This document shows positions 1 to 11,889 of a stretch of 64,000 bases of DNA, piece after piece. Numbering within the stretch: position 1 is the stretch's first letter; each line of letters starts with the position of its first letter. A program made the position numbers and the translations under genes. The notes under the pieces are model-generated. The model did no database searches and was not told where the DNA came from. It saw nothing but the letters and a program-made list of their open reading frames with translations. Source of the stretch: Camelus dromedarius (lineage: Eukaryota); assembly GCF_036321535.1 (NCBI RefSeq), contig NC_087437.1, positions 5,580,001 to 5,644,000 of the forward strand. The letters are read 5' to 3'.

Positions 1-180
1 AGAGAAACAACAAGGGCCTACTGTCTAGCACAGGGAATTATATTCAATTTCTTGTAATAACATATAATGGAAAAGAATCTGAAAAAGAATATATATGTAT
101 GTTTATGTATAACTGAATCACTTTGCTGTCCACCTGAAACTAACATTGTAAATCAACTCCACTTTGATAAATTTTTTTTA
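1..180 (+). mobile_element. L1 3' UTR end (cetartiodactyl/camelid-type), truncated by window edge
   Basis: 'cacagggaattatattcaatttcttgtaataa...aactgaatcactttgctgt...aacattgtaaatcaact' is the L1 3' terminus also seen at 33100-33290. Confidence 0.85.
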
Positions 181-747
181 ATTGCACTTTTAAGAGCCTA
201 AAAAAGATGCAGAAGTACAAAAAGACGTTTGTACAACGGGGATTCCGTTAGGAAGAACCGTGCGTGTTATGGAAAAAAATAGAGAAAAATATAAACACAT
301 TTCCACTTGAGGATTGGTGTATATATGTGTGTGTGTGGTGTGTATTGATAAAATACATATCTTAATGAAAATATATATCTTAAAAACAGGTGCTTGCACA
401 GTGCCTGGTACAGTGCTTAAGGAGGGGAGGTTAATTTTTATTATTATCACCTCTGATCTTGGCAGTGAGACACGGAAGAGATGGAGGAACCCTGCGACCC
501 CGTTCCAGTCTCTCCTTCCCCCAGCCCTGGCCATCTTGGGTGTAACTCAAAACTTCGCATTTGATCTAAAGTTTGACTCTCAAGAAGCCACTTCTTTCTG
601 TAATACTTCCCCAAATTCTTAATCAAGAGGCAATACTAACTGGTTTTCTTGCGAATTCATCTAATGATGACTGAGCTATTTGTACGGGCACTTTGTAAGA
701 AGATATATTTTTCCCCAGAGAGCTAGTGAATGTTCTTTAAGGAGGGA

Positions 748-910
748 GCTGCATTTTCCAATACAGTAGCCACTAGCCACATGTGGCTATTTAAATCTGA
801 ATCAATTAAACTTGGTTTTTTAATTAAGAATTTAGTTCCTCGGTTGTGCTGGCCACATTTCAAGTGCTCAGTCACCACGTGTGGCTACCGGCTACCACAC
901 TGGACAGTGA
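748..910 (-). mobile_element. MER3-like hAT-Charlie MITE
   Basis: 'tccaatacagtagccactagccacatgtggctatttaaat...ccacatttcaagtgctca...tggacagtg' matches the recalled MER3 consensus. Confidence 0.8.
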
Positions 911-1240
911 AGATAAGGAAGATTCATCACCGTCCTGTTGTATCGGTGCTAACTGGCTTAAACTGGGGTTCAGTAAACACAGGATAGAAAGTAAGAGAGA
1001 TGGGAGGAAAAGAGAAAGTAAAACAGGGTTGAAAGACAAGGTGGGATGGTAAAGAGAAATTTTATTGATATAAATTTGCAAAGAGCTGGTCCTGACTTTT
1101 GATGTAATAAAACCACTGAACACTAAACAAAATTGCTCATACATTGTGTGTTGAGGGGGTGAGAAGGCAAGGTCAGGAAATATTTTTAAGCTTCTGAAAA
1201 TTTCACTGATGTGCTTCATTTTGCACAAGAGAAGTTCTCT

Positions 1241-2040
1241 AGTTCATCAGATATTTATTGAGTGCCGGGTGAGGGATGAGTGAGTCGTGTGGATATTGGG
1301 GGCAGAGAGTTCCAGGGCTGCGGAAAAAGTAGGTCAGGATTCGGAGGACCAGGAATGTGGGGGTGGGAGCCAGGCTGGAGAGAGAGGGTAGGACTGAACA
1401 GATTGATCAGACTGGGAAGCAGGTGAGGGAGTGAGCCATGTGGGTCCCTGCCGGAGCACAAGTCCTTAGGCCATGGCCTGCTGGCGCGTTCAAGGTCAAA
1501 GTGGCCTGAGCAGAGAGAGTGGAGTGAGGGACACCAGGTCTGAGAGGTGACGGGGAGGAGGGTGCAGATCATATTTCGCTTTATAAAGCCTTGTTAGTTA
1601 GTCCTGGTTTTTACTGGGTGTGACGTTAGGGAGTCATCAGATAGTTTTCAAAGCAACACAGTGAGATCTGACTTAGGTTTTAAAGAGTATTCTGGATCCT
1701 GAGATGAGATGGTGATGGCTTAGACCAGAGTGGGAACTGGAAAGGAAAGCTGGCGAGAAGTGCTGAGTTCTGGATACATCTTAAGATGGAGCTGACATGA
1801 CATGTTGACGGATTGGATTAGGGGGGCGTGAGAGAAATAAAGGAATGAAGATGACTCTAAAGTTTTTGGTCTGAGTATCTTCGAAGATGGAGTTGCCATC
1901 AACCCATGAAAAAGGCTGTAGGTGGCCGGGTGTTTTCCTGTTTGGTGGGGGAGGGGAGGAGGGATCAACATTTGGTTGAGTTTGAGATCTTTCAGTGGAG
2001 AGGTTGGATGGCTGGTTGGATTATAAGAGTGTGGAGATCC
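1241..2040 (-). mobile_element. L2 LINE fragment (3' part of ORF2 and 3' end)
   Basis: Minus ORF 1720..1971 ('...LIQSVNMSCQLHL...') resembles the L2 ORF2 C-terminal region; 'ttcatcagatatttattgagtgcc' is L2 3' end-like. Confidence 0.7.
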
Positions 2041-2314
2041 CTCAAAAAATCAAAATAAAAATAGAATAAGATAAAATTCAACAAACGGCCTAGTCATTGG
2101 ATCTAAAAACCATACAGCCAGATGGATCTGATCACCCAATAAATTATCAACATCATTCATAAACACAGAAACACACGCCTGGCTACGAGTTGGATCCTTT
2201 CCTCCAAGGTGTCTGCAGTTTGCTTGAGAGCAAGTGGAAATAACAATACAGTTAACGGCTCTGTTTTTATGTGAATCTTGAACTTCATTCAGATCTGCTT
2301 AAAGCAATGTATGC

Positions 2315-2640
2315 ATGGACCGCCACGGACAGAGTAAGCAACAGCCACAAGCCACGTGCCCCTTAGAGAGCACCTGAACTGCGACTGGTCCAGACTGAGA
2401 TGGGCTGTGCTTGTAAAATACACACCTGAGGTCAGAAAAGAAGCAGGATGCAGCATGGCTCATTAGTCACGTCCACCATACTGATTACAAGTTATGCTGT
2501 TGTTTGGGGTACACTGGGTTAAACAAAATGCATTATTAAATTATGCCTCTATTATTCACCTGTTTCTTTTTACCTTTTTTAAACATGACTACTAGAAAAT
2601 GTGATGTGGTCCGCATTCTATTTCTATTGGACAACATGGT
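2315..2640 (-). mobile_element. MER33-like hAT-Charlie element
   Basis: 'tgtaaaatacacacc...gggttaaacaaaatgcattattaaatt...ttcacctgtttctttttac...actagaaaat...tatttctattggacaaca' matches the reverse of the recalled MER33 consensus. Confidence 0.75.
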
Positions 2641-3729
2641 CTAAAGTAGGTCTCTTAGGCTTCAGGTTTTGAAAACAGATGGCTTTTCTTAGGAAGAGAG
2701 TACAGGCTTGCCTCAGAAGGTGCGCCTGCAGTGTGGGATGCTTTCCCATTGTCCAGGAGAGGCTCCAGAAATCGTGAGTGATGTGGGCTGTGTCCTCCAG
2801 GAGGCTTCCACCCTGTAGCAGGAGGCTCTGAAAGCTGTCCTAACACAGAAGCTGTGTTACAAGGCCTTAAATTGCTAGTCCTCCCTTCCCCACCCCCAAC
2901 TACCAGGTTAAAAGCGGTGATTATGTCCCCCTTGTCTGGCTAAACGCTGCTGGCCTGTGACAGAGAGCTGGTCTCAGACCACTCTGAGCTGTGCGCTGTC
3001 CTCCCTGAATAGCTCTTGAAGGCAGGCCGAGCCCCCAGGGCTCTCCCATGTGGCGTGCCACCCCGGGGCCGGCCCAGACTTGCAAGAGGAGAGGGAAGAA
3101 AGATTCTGAGAACCCCTGGGAAGTGTGTGGGGGGACACCTGCTGTTCTCCAAAAGGCATTCTAAGAAAAGACTTCACAGAAAATCAATTGCTATCACTTA
3201 AGACCTTTTCTTTAACTCACTATATTCCATTGTAGGCTTATTTTTTTTTTCTTAGAAGGGGCAAAGGAACATGTGAAAAATTGCCTACTTCCTGGGGTGT
3301 CTTTGAAAGCAAGTTTATATGTTCCTAATATGCATTTCTATTAGTCAGAGGTCTGAAAGAAAAGAGAGTGTCCATAAAAATCACCCACCAGGACAGATGA
3401 GGTTTTTGAAGCAGGGAGAAAGGGCATTGTTGGAACAGAGTGGTGGGGGTTCGGGAAAGACGGAGCGAGTAGCATTGAGGTGAGACGCAAAGCTCCCGAC
3501 CCCCGCCCGCCCGTGAAGTTTCCGAATGAGGCCTCCTGGCCCTTTCGTGCCTTTTTGCCCTGCAGCCTGAGGCTTTCGTTCTCCAGGGGAATCCAGGGAA
3601 GATTTCTGCCGGAAAGGCCGGATCCCCGTCCTGGATTTCCTCCTCCTGCTCTCTCTGCCCCAGTACTCTTTATTTTTAAATTGAAATTTTAAAGGACATC
3701 AGCTGCTTTTGATACAGGAAAATGGAACA

Positions 3730-4210
3730 TGAGACGATGGCCGTGTCCCAGGTTCCAGGTGCGCGTCCCAAGGGAGGGTCCTGGGCTCCATGCAGGAAAG
3801 AATTCAAGAGCGAGTCATAGTAGAGTGAAGGCAGATTTACTTAGAGAGATACGCACTCCATAGAGCGCCATCCGTCTCAGAAAGCAAGAGACAAGGCCAC
3901 AAGGTATAGAGGTGGTTGGTTCTTATGGGCTTGGTAATTTCATATGCTAACAAGTGGGAGGATTATTCCAACTACTTTAGGGAAGGGGCTGGAAGTCCCA
4001 GGAATTGGGCCACCACCCCTTTTTGACCTTTTATGGTCAGCCTGGGAACGGTCAAGGTGCCCGGGGGAGTGCCGTGTAGTAGCTATTGTATTACAATGAG
4101 CGTGAATTGAAGCTCAGGGTCTATTGGGAGTTGGATCTAGTGCCATCTGGGTGCTAATTGCTGCGTCATTCTTTTAATGGTTGTTCCCTGCCCCCTTCCG
4201 TCCTGTCTCA
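3730..4210 (-). mobile_element. ERV1 solo LTR, MER41-like
   Basis: tgagac...gtctca termini; 'gcaggaaagaattcaagagcgagtc...gtgaaggcagatttac' matches reverse MER41 U5/R; homologous to 9785-10474; left boundary uncertain, no clean TSD. Confidence 0.8.
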
Positions 4211-5684
4211 GGAGAAATTAATACACGAAGCACTTCCTGTGTGTTTTCCAACTCTGTCTGGGGCAGGTGCGTGGACAGTCCCATCATGCAGATGAATGAA
4301 GAGCCTCCAGCAGCTTAAGGCAGAAGGCTGGAGAGCTAGGATTTAAACCAAAGCCAGACAGTCTCCAAAGCCACGGAGAGCTCCCCCTCACCCACCAGTC
4401 CTTAGCCCTCCATCCCCTGTAGAGAAGTGGCAATGTGTCCATTCAAACCCAGCAAGTAGTTGGTGGACTAGGCTGGGGAGAGAAGAGCGTGTAGCTTGCT
4501 TGGCAGCAAAAGTTTAGGAGAGGCTGAAGAAAGTTCCAGAGAGTGGAAGTGGTAGAACATAGTTCATGGATCTTCCTCTGATAAATGAGGAGAGCTCTCA
4601 AACCATCCAGAGGGGCTCCTACTATGAGAAAAGGAGAAATGGGAGCAGAGGGCAGCAAATTCCCTGGATGCCTGGGTCCCATCCCTGGGGGCAGTGGTGG
4701 ATTCCACAGCCACGCAGCTGCAACTTACTCTGTGCAAAACCCTGCGATGAATCTTGTGAGGAACAGAAACTGTCACAGGCAGATCTCCATCTTAAGAAAT
4801 TCACGTCTCCTGGAGGGATAAGGCGTGCACCTCGACACGAATCACAAAAGGTATCTTAGAAAAAATCAAATCAAGTGTTGTTGGCACTAACCGGAGAGAG
4901 AACTTGCTTATGATGGGTTTACAAGGAAAAACCTCATGGATGAGGTGGCATCTGAAGAATGGGTGGGATCTTGACCCAAGGAATTGGGAGGCGTTCTGGA
5001 CAGAGAAAAGGGCTCAAGGCTGGAAAGTGTAGAGGGCATGTAGAGAGAACTGTAAGTGCTTTGGTCTGGCTTGACCACCGGCAAGAGGAGAAAAGTGAGC
5101 AACAATGGCAGCAAGACAGATGAGGCTGAAACTGGAGGACCTTGAAAGTCACTTTGTTTTAAGGCGGTGGAGACTCATGAATTTGCGTGAGGGGTGCCAT
5201 GGTTAAGTCTTTTGCTTAGGAGGGTTACTTACTTCCCGATCTTTTGCTGTACAGGACAGGCAGAGGGTGAAGGCAGGGGCCACGGAGGAGGCTTCTATGA
5301 CAGTCCTGGAAAAGGGGCAGCGAGCTTCTGCACTGGAGTTCCTCTGCCTGGAACATGTTCCCTGCCCTCCTTTCCTCTCCAGTAGAGCTCGTATGACGAC
5401 CATAACTACACATTTCCGACTGTAAGCTCCGTGAGGCCAGGGCTGGGCTCTGTCCTACTGCTGTTATCTCCAGAGTCGAGGGTCGGTCCTGGCCCACGGT
5501 GGGAGCATTTACCTGTTTGTGGGGTGAATGACGAGGAGCGGCTAGTTTAAGGCAGGGTATAAGATAGAATTCAAGCACGGAGATATAAGAGGCATGTAAC
5601 TGGCTGGATGTGGCCTGATTGATTGGCTGTACAGGGGCGAGGAAAAGGCACAGACAAGGCCAAGGGTGAGAGCCCATAGTTTGT

Positions 5685-6110
5685 TTGTCTTTTTTTTAAA
5701 TTGTCAATAGTGTCACTCTCTGGTGTATAGCACAATGCCCCAGTCATGCAGATACATGTATGTATTTGTTTTTGTATTCTTTTTCATTAAAGGTTATTAC
5801 AAGGTATTGAATATAGTTCCCTGTGCTCTACAGATGAAATTTGTTTTTTAAATTTATTTTTATATATAGTGGCTAACATTTGTAAATCTCAAACTCCCAA
5901 ATGTATCCCTTCCCACCCCCTTTCCACTCGGTAACCATAAGATTATTTACTATGTCTGCGAATCTGTTTCTCTTTTGTAGATGAGATCATTAGTGTCCTC
6001 TTTCTTCTTCTTTTTTTAGATTCCACATATGAGTGGTATCATATGGTATCTGTCTGGCTTACTTCAGTTAGAATGACAATCTCCAGGTCGATCTATGTTG
6101 CTGCAAATGG
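5685..6110 (-). mobile_element. 5'-truncated lineage-specific L1 (3' UTR), inserted in L2-derived sequence
   Basis: Poly-T then typical reverse L1 3' UTR; degenerate TSD gagagcccatagttt / gaaagcgcataggtt. Confidence 0.9.
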
Positions 6111-6319
6111 AAAGCGCATAGGTTTTTTCTGTAACTAAACCCAGTGATTCAGATAAAGAAAGAGAAAGGAATTTGATAGGGGAGTAAATTCAGTTTTGAA
6201 AACAACACACTAGAGCATCTGCCAGCTATAAATGTCTAGTAGGCACCTGGAAATACAAGTCTAGAAAGCAGGGTGGAAATCTGGGCTCCAGTTAGGAACA
6301 GGAGACAAGGGGCTGCTCT

Positions 6320-6686
6320 CCTGTGGTCGGGGTCTCCTTTCTTGCTTGCGATGGGGCAGCACTGGGTATGTGGGAAGCCTGCACGTCCTGCCCCTCTGAA
6401 GTCAGTCACTGGGGTGTGACTGGATTTGGCCAATGAAACATGCGCCAAATTTGCACACGACTTCTGGGTGGAAGCTGGGAGCTTCTCCATGTGCTCTCAC
6501 TCCTGCTGTCGCAGCAGCATTCCAGATGGTACAGGCGTCTCAGACAGGGTCTGAGTGCGAGGACAGCACCCTGCCAGCCTGCAAGGGACACACAGTGTAA
6601 ATGAAGTAAACCTCTGAGGTTTGAGCCACTGGGGTCTGGGAGCTGTTTGTTACAGCTGCATAACCTCGTCTGTCCTGACTGATACG
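6320..6686 (+). mobile_element. MaLR LTR (MLT1I/J-like)
   Basis: 3' end 'taaacctctgaggtttgagccactgggg...tgtttgttacagctgcataacctcgtctgtcctgactgatac' is typical of MLT1. Confidence 0.75.
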
Positions 6687-7035
6687 AGACCCACGTGCAC
6701 AAGGAAGTCCTGGGGTCGGTTCAGTACTTACTTATAAGTCCTTGGCCCTGCATTAGGTGTCAGGGAGACCATGATGAGTAAGAAGATGTGGTTTCCCAGG
6801 AGAGAATGTGGAGAGAAAGTGAAAAGAGAACAGGACTGAGGGTGAGAGGTGCTCCCATCAGGGAACTGGAGGAGGATGCAGATGGTACGAGGCTGCAGGA
6901 AGGCCCCTACGAGCAGGAGAAGACAGAGCAGGCCCCAGGAGAGCAGCCTGGGCCCAGCCTTGGACCCTCAGGGGGACGGGAAGGCCGGAGGAGGTGGCTA
7001 TGATGGGGAGCTCTCCGCCGCTGGCTTCCCTGGTG

Positions 7036-7166
7036 CAGTCAGCTTGAAGTGTGGTCCCCAACCAGCAGAACTGCAGACCTTCTGAATCAGGGGTGGGCCC
7101 AGCAATCTGCATTTCAACAAGCCCTCCAGGTGACTCAGGTGCTCACTTCAGTTTGAGAACCACACT
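7036..7166. mobile_element. MER5A-like hAT-Charlie MITE (internally deleted)
   Basis: 'gggtgggcccagcaatctgcatttcaacaagccctccaggtgactc...agtttgagaaccac'. Confidence 0.8.
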
Positions 7167-7975
7167 CTGGCGCAGCTCTCCTGGGGAGCACCTGACGCAT
7201 TTCCTTAAAAGAGCAGTGAAGTGCCCCTGAGGCCACCGGAGAAGCCAGCTGTGCCCTCTTCTAGTGTCTGCAGGGAGAGGCACTGTGAGTCATGACGTCC
7301 CTGTGCTCATGTGAGGGGACGATACTCTGGGGGGTGGGGGGGACGAGGGAGGGTGAGGGTGCTGTGCTGTGGTGACAAAGGGCAGTGCTTCGAGCCGGGA
7401 GCGGCTGTTGAGCTGCTTGGGAGACAGGCTTCTCTCGGGAACCACGGACCTCGTGTCAGCCTGGGATCCGTGACTGCTTGGAGGTTTCTGCCTCTGTCCC
7501 CGACCATGAGTCCACTCAGGAGGGAGGGGCCGGCCCCAGGGAGGAGTGGGAAGGGACAGAGCTGGGAGGGGCTGGCTCCTCTCAGGATGTCATGTCATCT
7601 CGTAAATACTCGAGGAAGGTGGATTGTTTTTGCACCGTATAGATGAGGAAATGCTGCTTAGTGAGGGTAAGGAATGAGCCCCCAGGGACAGCTGATAAGC
7701 AGTGAGCAGGGGCCAGCAGGCTCGGGCATTCCACAGTCATCACTCTTCCCAATTCCACTCGCCTCTGGAGTTAGTCAGCCTCTGGTGACCCACCTACCCT
7801 GGATGGGCTCTCCTCTGGAAGATATGGAGGTGTTAGCAAAGGGAAGAGACTATGAAAGAACATTCTAGATGCAGAGCAGAGGCCCGGGAAGCAGCAAGTC
7901 TTCCTTGGAGCATGTAGACATGCACCATTCAGAAGGTGGCACTTGGAAAGAGTGGGCATCTGGATGACAACCAGC

Positions 7976-8142
7976 TTTTTTTTTTTTTAATTTTATTTTT
8001 TTAAGCTTTTTTGGAGGGGGAGGGGTAATTAGGTTTATTTATTTATTTTGTAATTTTTTAAATGGTGGTACCGGGGATTGAACCCAGGACCTCATGCATG
8101 CTAAGCATGTGCTGTACCACTGAGCTATACCCCCTGTGCCCC
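7976..8142 (-). mobile_element. tRNA-derived SINE, camelid Vic-1-like
   Basis: Reverse strand reads GGGGGTATAGCTCAGTGGTACAGCACATGCTTAGCATGCATGAGGTCCTGGGTTCAATCCCCGGTACC (A and B boxes) plus the AATAAATAAACCTAATTACCCC tail; TSD core tgacaacc at 7965-7972 and 8143-8150. Confidence 0.88.
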
Positions 8143-8568
8143 TGACAACCCGTGTTCTAACTCAGTGTAGAGGGTCTGTTACATCCAGGACAAGACTTCC
8201 TCCTTTCTCTCCAAACGTCACTTTGTAGCTCCTATACCGATTTAAAAAATGGACCTAATACCTCAGTTAGTTACTTCCCTGTGAGTAACACTCCATCATA
8301 ATAAAGATATCATGATAAAATCAACAGCAATGACAAAGAGATGTTATATCCTACAGCAAAAAAAAAAAAAAAAAAAGTGCATCACATAAAAAGTAATTCT
8401 TCAAAGAGGTAATTGCTGTCATGTATTGAAAGCTTACCGCAAGGCAGGAAGCCCTCACAAGTGCAGGCAATTTACATGCAGTATTTCATTTATTCTCTCC
8501 GTAGTTTACAGATAGGAAAGCGAGACTCAGATTAAGTCACTGGCTTCCTCATCTGGCTGGATGATAGT

Positions 8569-9026
8569 TGTGAATGGAAAATACTGCCAGCCATGTGATA
8601 AACAAAGAATTCTGTGGCCATTAAGTCATCTGTCATCAGACACTACTGCCCCCGCCCGGCAGTGAGAGGAGGGAACTCAGGATAGAGACCAGCAGGCAGT
8701 CGGGACACTGGCCCTACACAGCTAGGTGCACATCAAAGGAATGATTTTAATCAGCCCAGACCTTTGCTCCCTCTCGTACACAGAAAAGCACTAAATTCCT
8801 TAACTTGAGACGTCTGGTTTTCTTTAATTAACAGTCAACTCTTGATGCTCCAACTACCTGGGCTCTGTTGCAAAAACTCCTCTATACCCTGGCTTGTCTC
8901 TTGCCTGGGTGGAGCAGTGCCTCAGAGCAATCTGAGAGGCTGCCTTCCAGGCTCGAGGCCTCAGGAAGTCCTGCCCATAAAACACAGTTCTCAGCTTTTA
9001 GGTTGTGCACTTGATTTCAGTCGGCA
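8569..9026 (+). mobile_element. ERV1 solo LTR (LTR39/MER4-group-like)
   Basis: TG...CA ends; 3' 'gagcagtgcctcagagcaatctgagaggctg...ataaaacacagttctcagcttttaggttgtgc...ttcagtcggca' is a typical ERV1 R/U5. Confidence 0.7.
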
Positions 9027-9784
9027 AAGATAAAATGTCTTTCTCAGATGACTTCTGGTTGCGGTGGCTGAGAGGACACCGTGTTCTCACCTCCTTGCAG
9101 ATGTATCATGCAATATCCGAGAAAGACTCTGCTTTTCTTGCTTTCAGGAGTGCCCTGGACACACCGGGGAAAGGAGGAAGGAGAAGACTGGGAGCCAGAG
9201 ACGGTGCTGGGAGCACCACCCAGTCCTGACGACAGGGTGCAAAAGTCAGTATGTTACATTCCGTTTCACAGCGAGAGACTGGAGGTGCAGAGGGCAAGTG
9301 AAGACTCAGTCTTACCTGGAGAGAGGTTTGTCGTGGCTCCTGGCAAGACCACGATGGCTTGTGTACGGTACATACCCAATGGCTTCAGATCTTTGTTTCT
9401 GATACCCTGACCAAAATTTTCTAACTCAAAGCCACTTTCTCTCTCAAAAAGCATAGCTTTTGGAAATTAAAACCTTTGTTTTTCTGTCATAAATTTCAAA
9501 GGCCTGCTTAGAAACTCAAAAAGTCCGAATGGAATTCTAAATTCTCTGCAGTCTGCCTTCTCAGGGAGAAAGCCACAGGCCTCACTCAGCCCGTCCTCCC
9601 CAGGCAGTGATGATCGGGGAAGGTGCAGAGTAAGAAGAAGTCATTACTGGGTCTGGGAAGCAGCAGTGAAAATATTAAGATATTACCAACCCCCTCCCCA
9701 GCCCCCAAAACACACGTGTACCAGAAACCACTCCAAAGAAGCCAGCTGTCCCCACACCCTCCACACTCTGGCTTCTGGAGCTAC

Positions 9785-10474
9785 TGAGACACACAAAATG
9801 GCAAGTTTCTGCCTCCGGAAATTGTCGTGGGAGAACAGGTTCTTGCCTCGTGCAGGAAAGCATTCAAGAGCAAGGGTGGTAAAGTGAAAGCAAGTTTATT
9901 TAGAGAGATGCACACGGCATAGACAGGGCGAGGTCTGTCTCACTCAGAAGGGAAAACGGCTTAGGAGACACACACTCATAGACAGGGCGAGGTCTGTCTC
10001 ACTCAGAAGGGAAAACGGCTTAGGAGACACACACTCCTTAGGCAGAGTGTGGGCCATCTCAGGAAGGTGAGAGGGAGAGAGACTGAGAGGTGCAGGGTGT
10101 TTAGTTTAAAGTAAAAGCAGATCCACGCTCCATAGACAGAGTGCGGGCCATCTCAGAAGGCAAGGAGAGCGACCACGAGGTGTGGAGTTGTTGGGTTGTA
10201 TGGGCTTGGTAATTTCATATGCTAATGGATAGAAGAATCATTCCCACTACTTTGGGGAAGAGACAAGAATTTCCAGGAAATGCCCCCGCCCCCGCCCATT
10301 TTTGACCTTTTACGGTCAGCCTAGGAGCTGCCATGGCCCTGTGGCTGTGCCATGAGGCTCAAGGTCAACTGGAAGTCGAATCTTCTGCCATCTTGGTTCT
10401 AACCACTCTGTCCTGTCCTCACTGCTGTTTCATTCCTTCAGTGGTTGTGCCCTGCCCCCTTTCCTCCCACTTCA
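9785..10474 (-). mobile_element. ERV1 solo LTR, MER41-like, with internal tandem duplication
   Basis: 'gtaaagtgaaagcaagtttattt' is the reverse MER41 poly(A) region; shares blocks with 3730-4210; 59-bp tandem duplication at 9918-10036. Confidence 0.82.
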
Positions 10475-11189
10475 AAGTCACATCCACGGATTTTCTCTAT
10501 CTCACTCCCCAATGGATGGAAAAGGCCCACAGACCCTGCCTGTTTTCTGAATTGCCCAATAGTATCCCCTTGAAAATAAGAATTTTCTCATAAAGGTGTA
10601 TGTGTGGGGGATATAGTTCTTCTCAACAGTAACATCAGCTTTCCGCCGGCTTTTTCCCCACTGAAGTGAGGATAGTTATTCTCAAATTTCAGAGTCCTTC
10701 CTGAAGCTCAGGTTTGAGAAGTCACAAGTCATTTGCATTCCTTTGGGCTGCACACCTTTTCCCTCAGCCTAGTTAACCCAGTTGGTGGCTGCCTGTTGCC
10801 TTTGATGTCAAGGTTAAGGTCAGACTACAGGGTCTGATTACCTTTGCTGTATTATTCTCCGGGGGGACTAGGCCGTGCAAATAGGTTGAAACAAAACTTT
10901 CAGAGAAATCCAAGGCCTTTGCGAGGTAAGAGGCAAAAGACACATGTTTTTCCTTTCTGAAAGCCAAATAACAGAAATTTTGGAAAAATAATAGTATTTA
11001 CCTGTTTTTTATTTTTTGTTTGCTTTTCCCTAACATTTTATTAAGTTTCAAACACACAGAGAAGTTGAAAGAATTTTAAGTTAGCACCTATACACCCGCG
11101 GCCTAGGTGCCACCATTAACATTTTGCTGTCTGCCTCATCACACGTCTCAGTATCTGTCTGTCCGGTAAACCTGTCTCATACTTGGGAT

Positions 11190-11857
11190 GCACCTCCATC
11201 TTCAAAGCCAGCACCGTAGCATCTTCAAATGTCTCTGATCTCTGTTTCGATCGCCGCATCTTCCCTGACTCCAACCCTCCTGCTCCCCTCTTGTTAGGTC
11301 CCTTGTGATTGCATCGGGCCCATTTGGCTGTTCCAGGATGGTCTGCTCCTGTCCAGGGCCTTTGCTCAGTCACACCCACAGGGTCCCTTTGGCCAGGTAG
11401 CGTGACTCTCAGTCTGCTTAAACTGCGACAACAAAACACCACAGGCTGGGTGGCGAAAACAGCAGAAAGTGACTTATTCACAGGCTGGGAAGGCTGAGAG
11501 CAAGGTGCTGTCGGACTTGGTTCCTGGTGAGAGTTCTTTCTGGCTCCCTGCCTGCTCTCTGCATCCTCACATGGCTGAGAAAGCAAGGTCTCTGGTGTCT
11601 CCTCTTAAAAAGATACTAATCCTGTTGGATCAGGGCTCTATCCCATGATCTCATTTATCTCAGTTACCTCCTAATAGGCCTTAGCTCCACATACAGCCAC
11701 ACTGCGGGGTTAGGGCTTCGGCATATGAATTGTGTGTGGTGTGTGTGTGTCGGGGGGCGGGGGGGATACAGCTCAGTCCATAGCAGTAACATATTTATAG
11801 GTCCTGAGGATTATGACAGTGACGTCTTCCGTGGGGGGATTGTTCTGTCTACTACAG
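11190..11857 (-). mobile_element. MaLR LTR (MLT1B/C/D-like) split by a nested MLT1A
   Basis: 'ctccatcttcaaagccagca...cccttgtgattgcatcgggccca' and resumption 'gtaacatatttataggtcctgaggatta...ttctgtctactaca'. Confidence 0.7.
11402..11785 (-). mobile_element. MaLR LTR MLT1A-like, nested
   Basis: 'aacaaaacaccacaggctgggtggc...gggttagggcttcggcatatgaatt...cagtccatagca'; 5-bp TSD gtagc/gtaac. Confidence 0.8.
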
Positions 11858-11889
11858 CATGCATACTTCATTTTTAGCACTCTCTAGAG

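Noticed and set aside
748..910. Inverted-repeat hairpins (also 16895-17100)
   Set aside because: Explained by the palindromic structure of MER3 MITEs
8060..8135. tRNA-like sequence with A/B boxes (also ~21720-21795 and ~53740-53820)
   Set aside because: SINE heads with A-rich tails and TSD-like flanks, not tRNA genes
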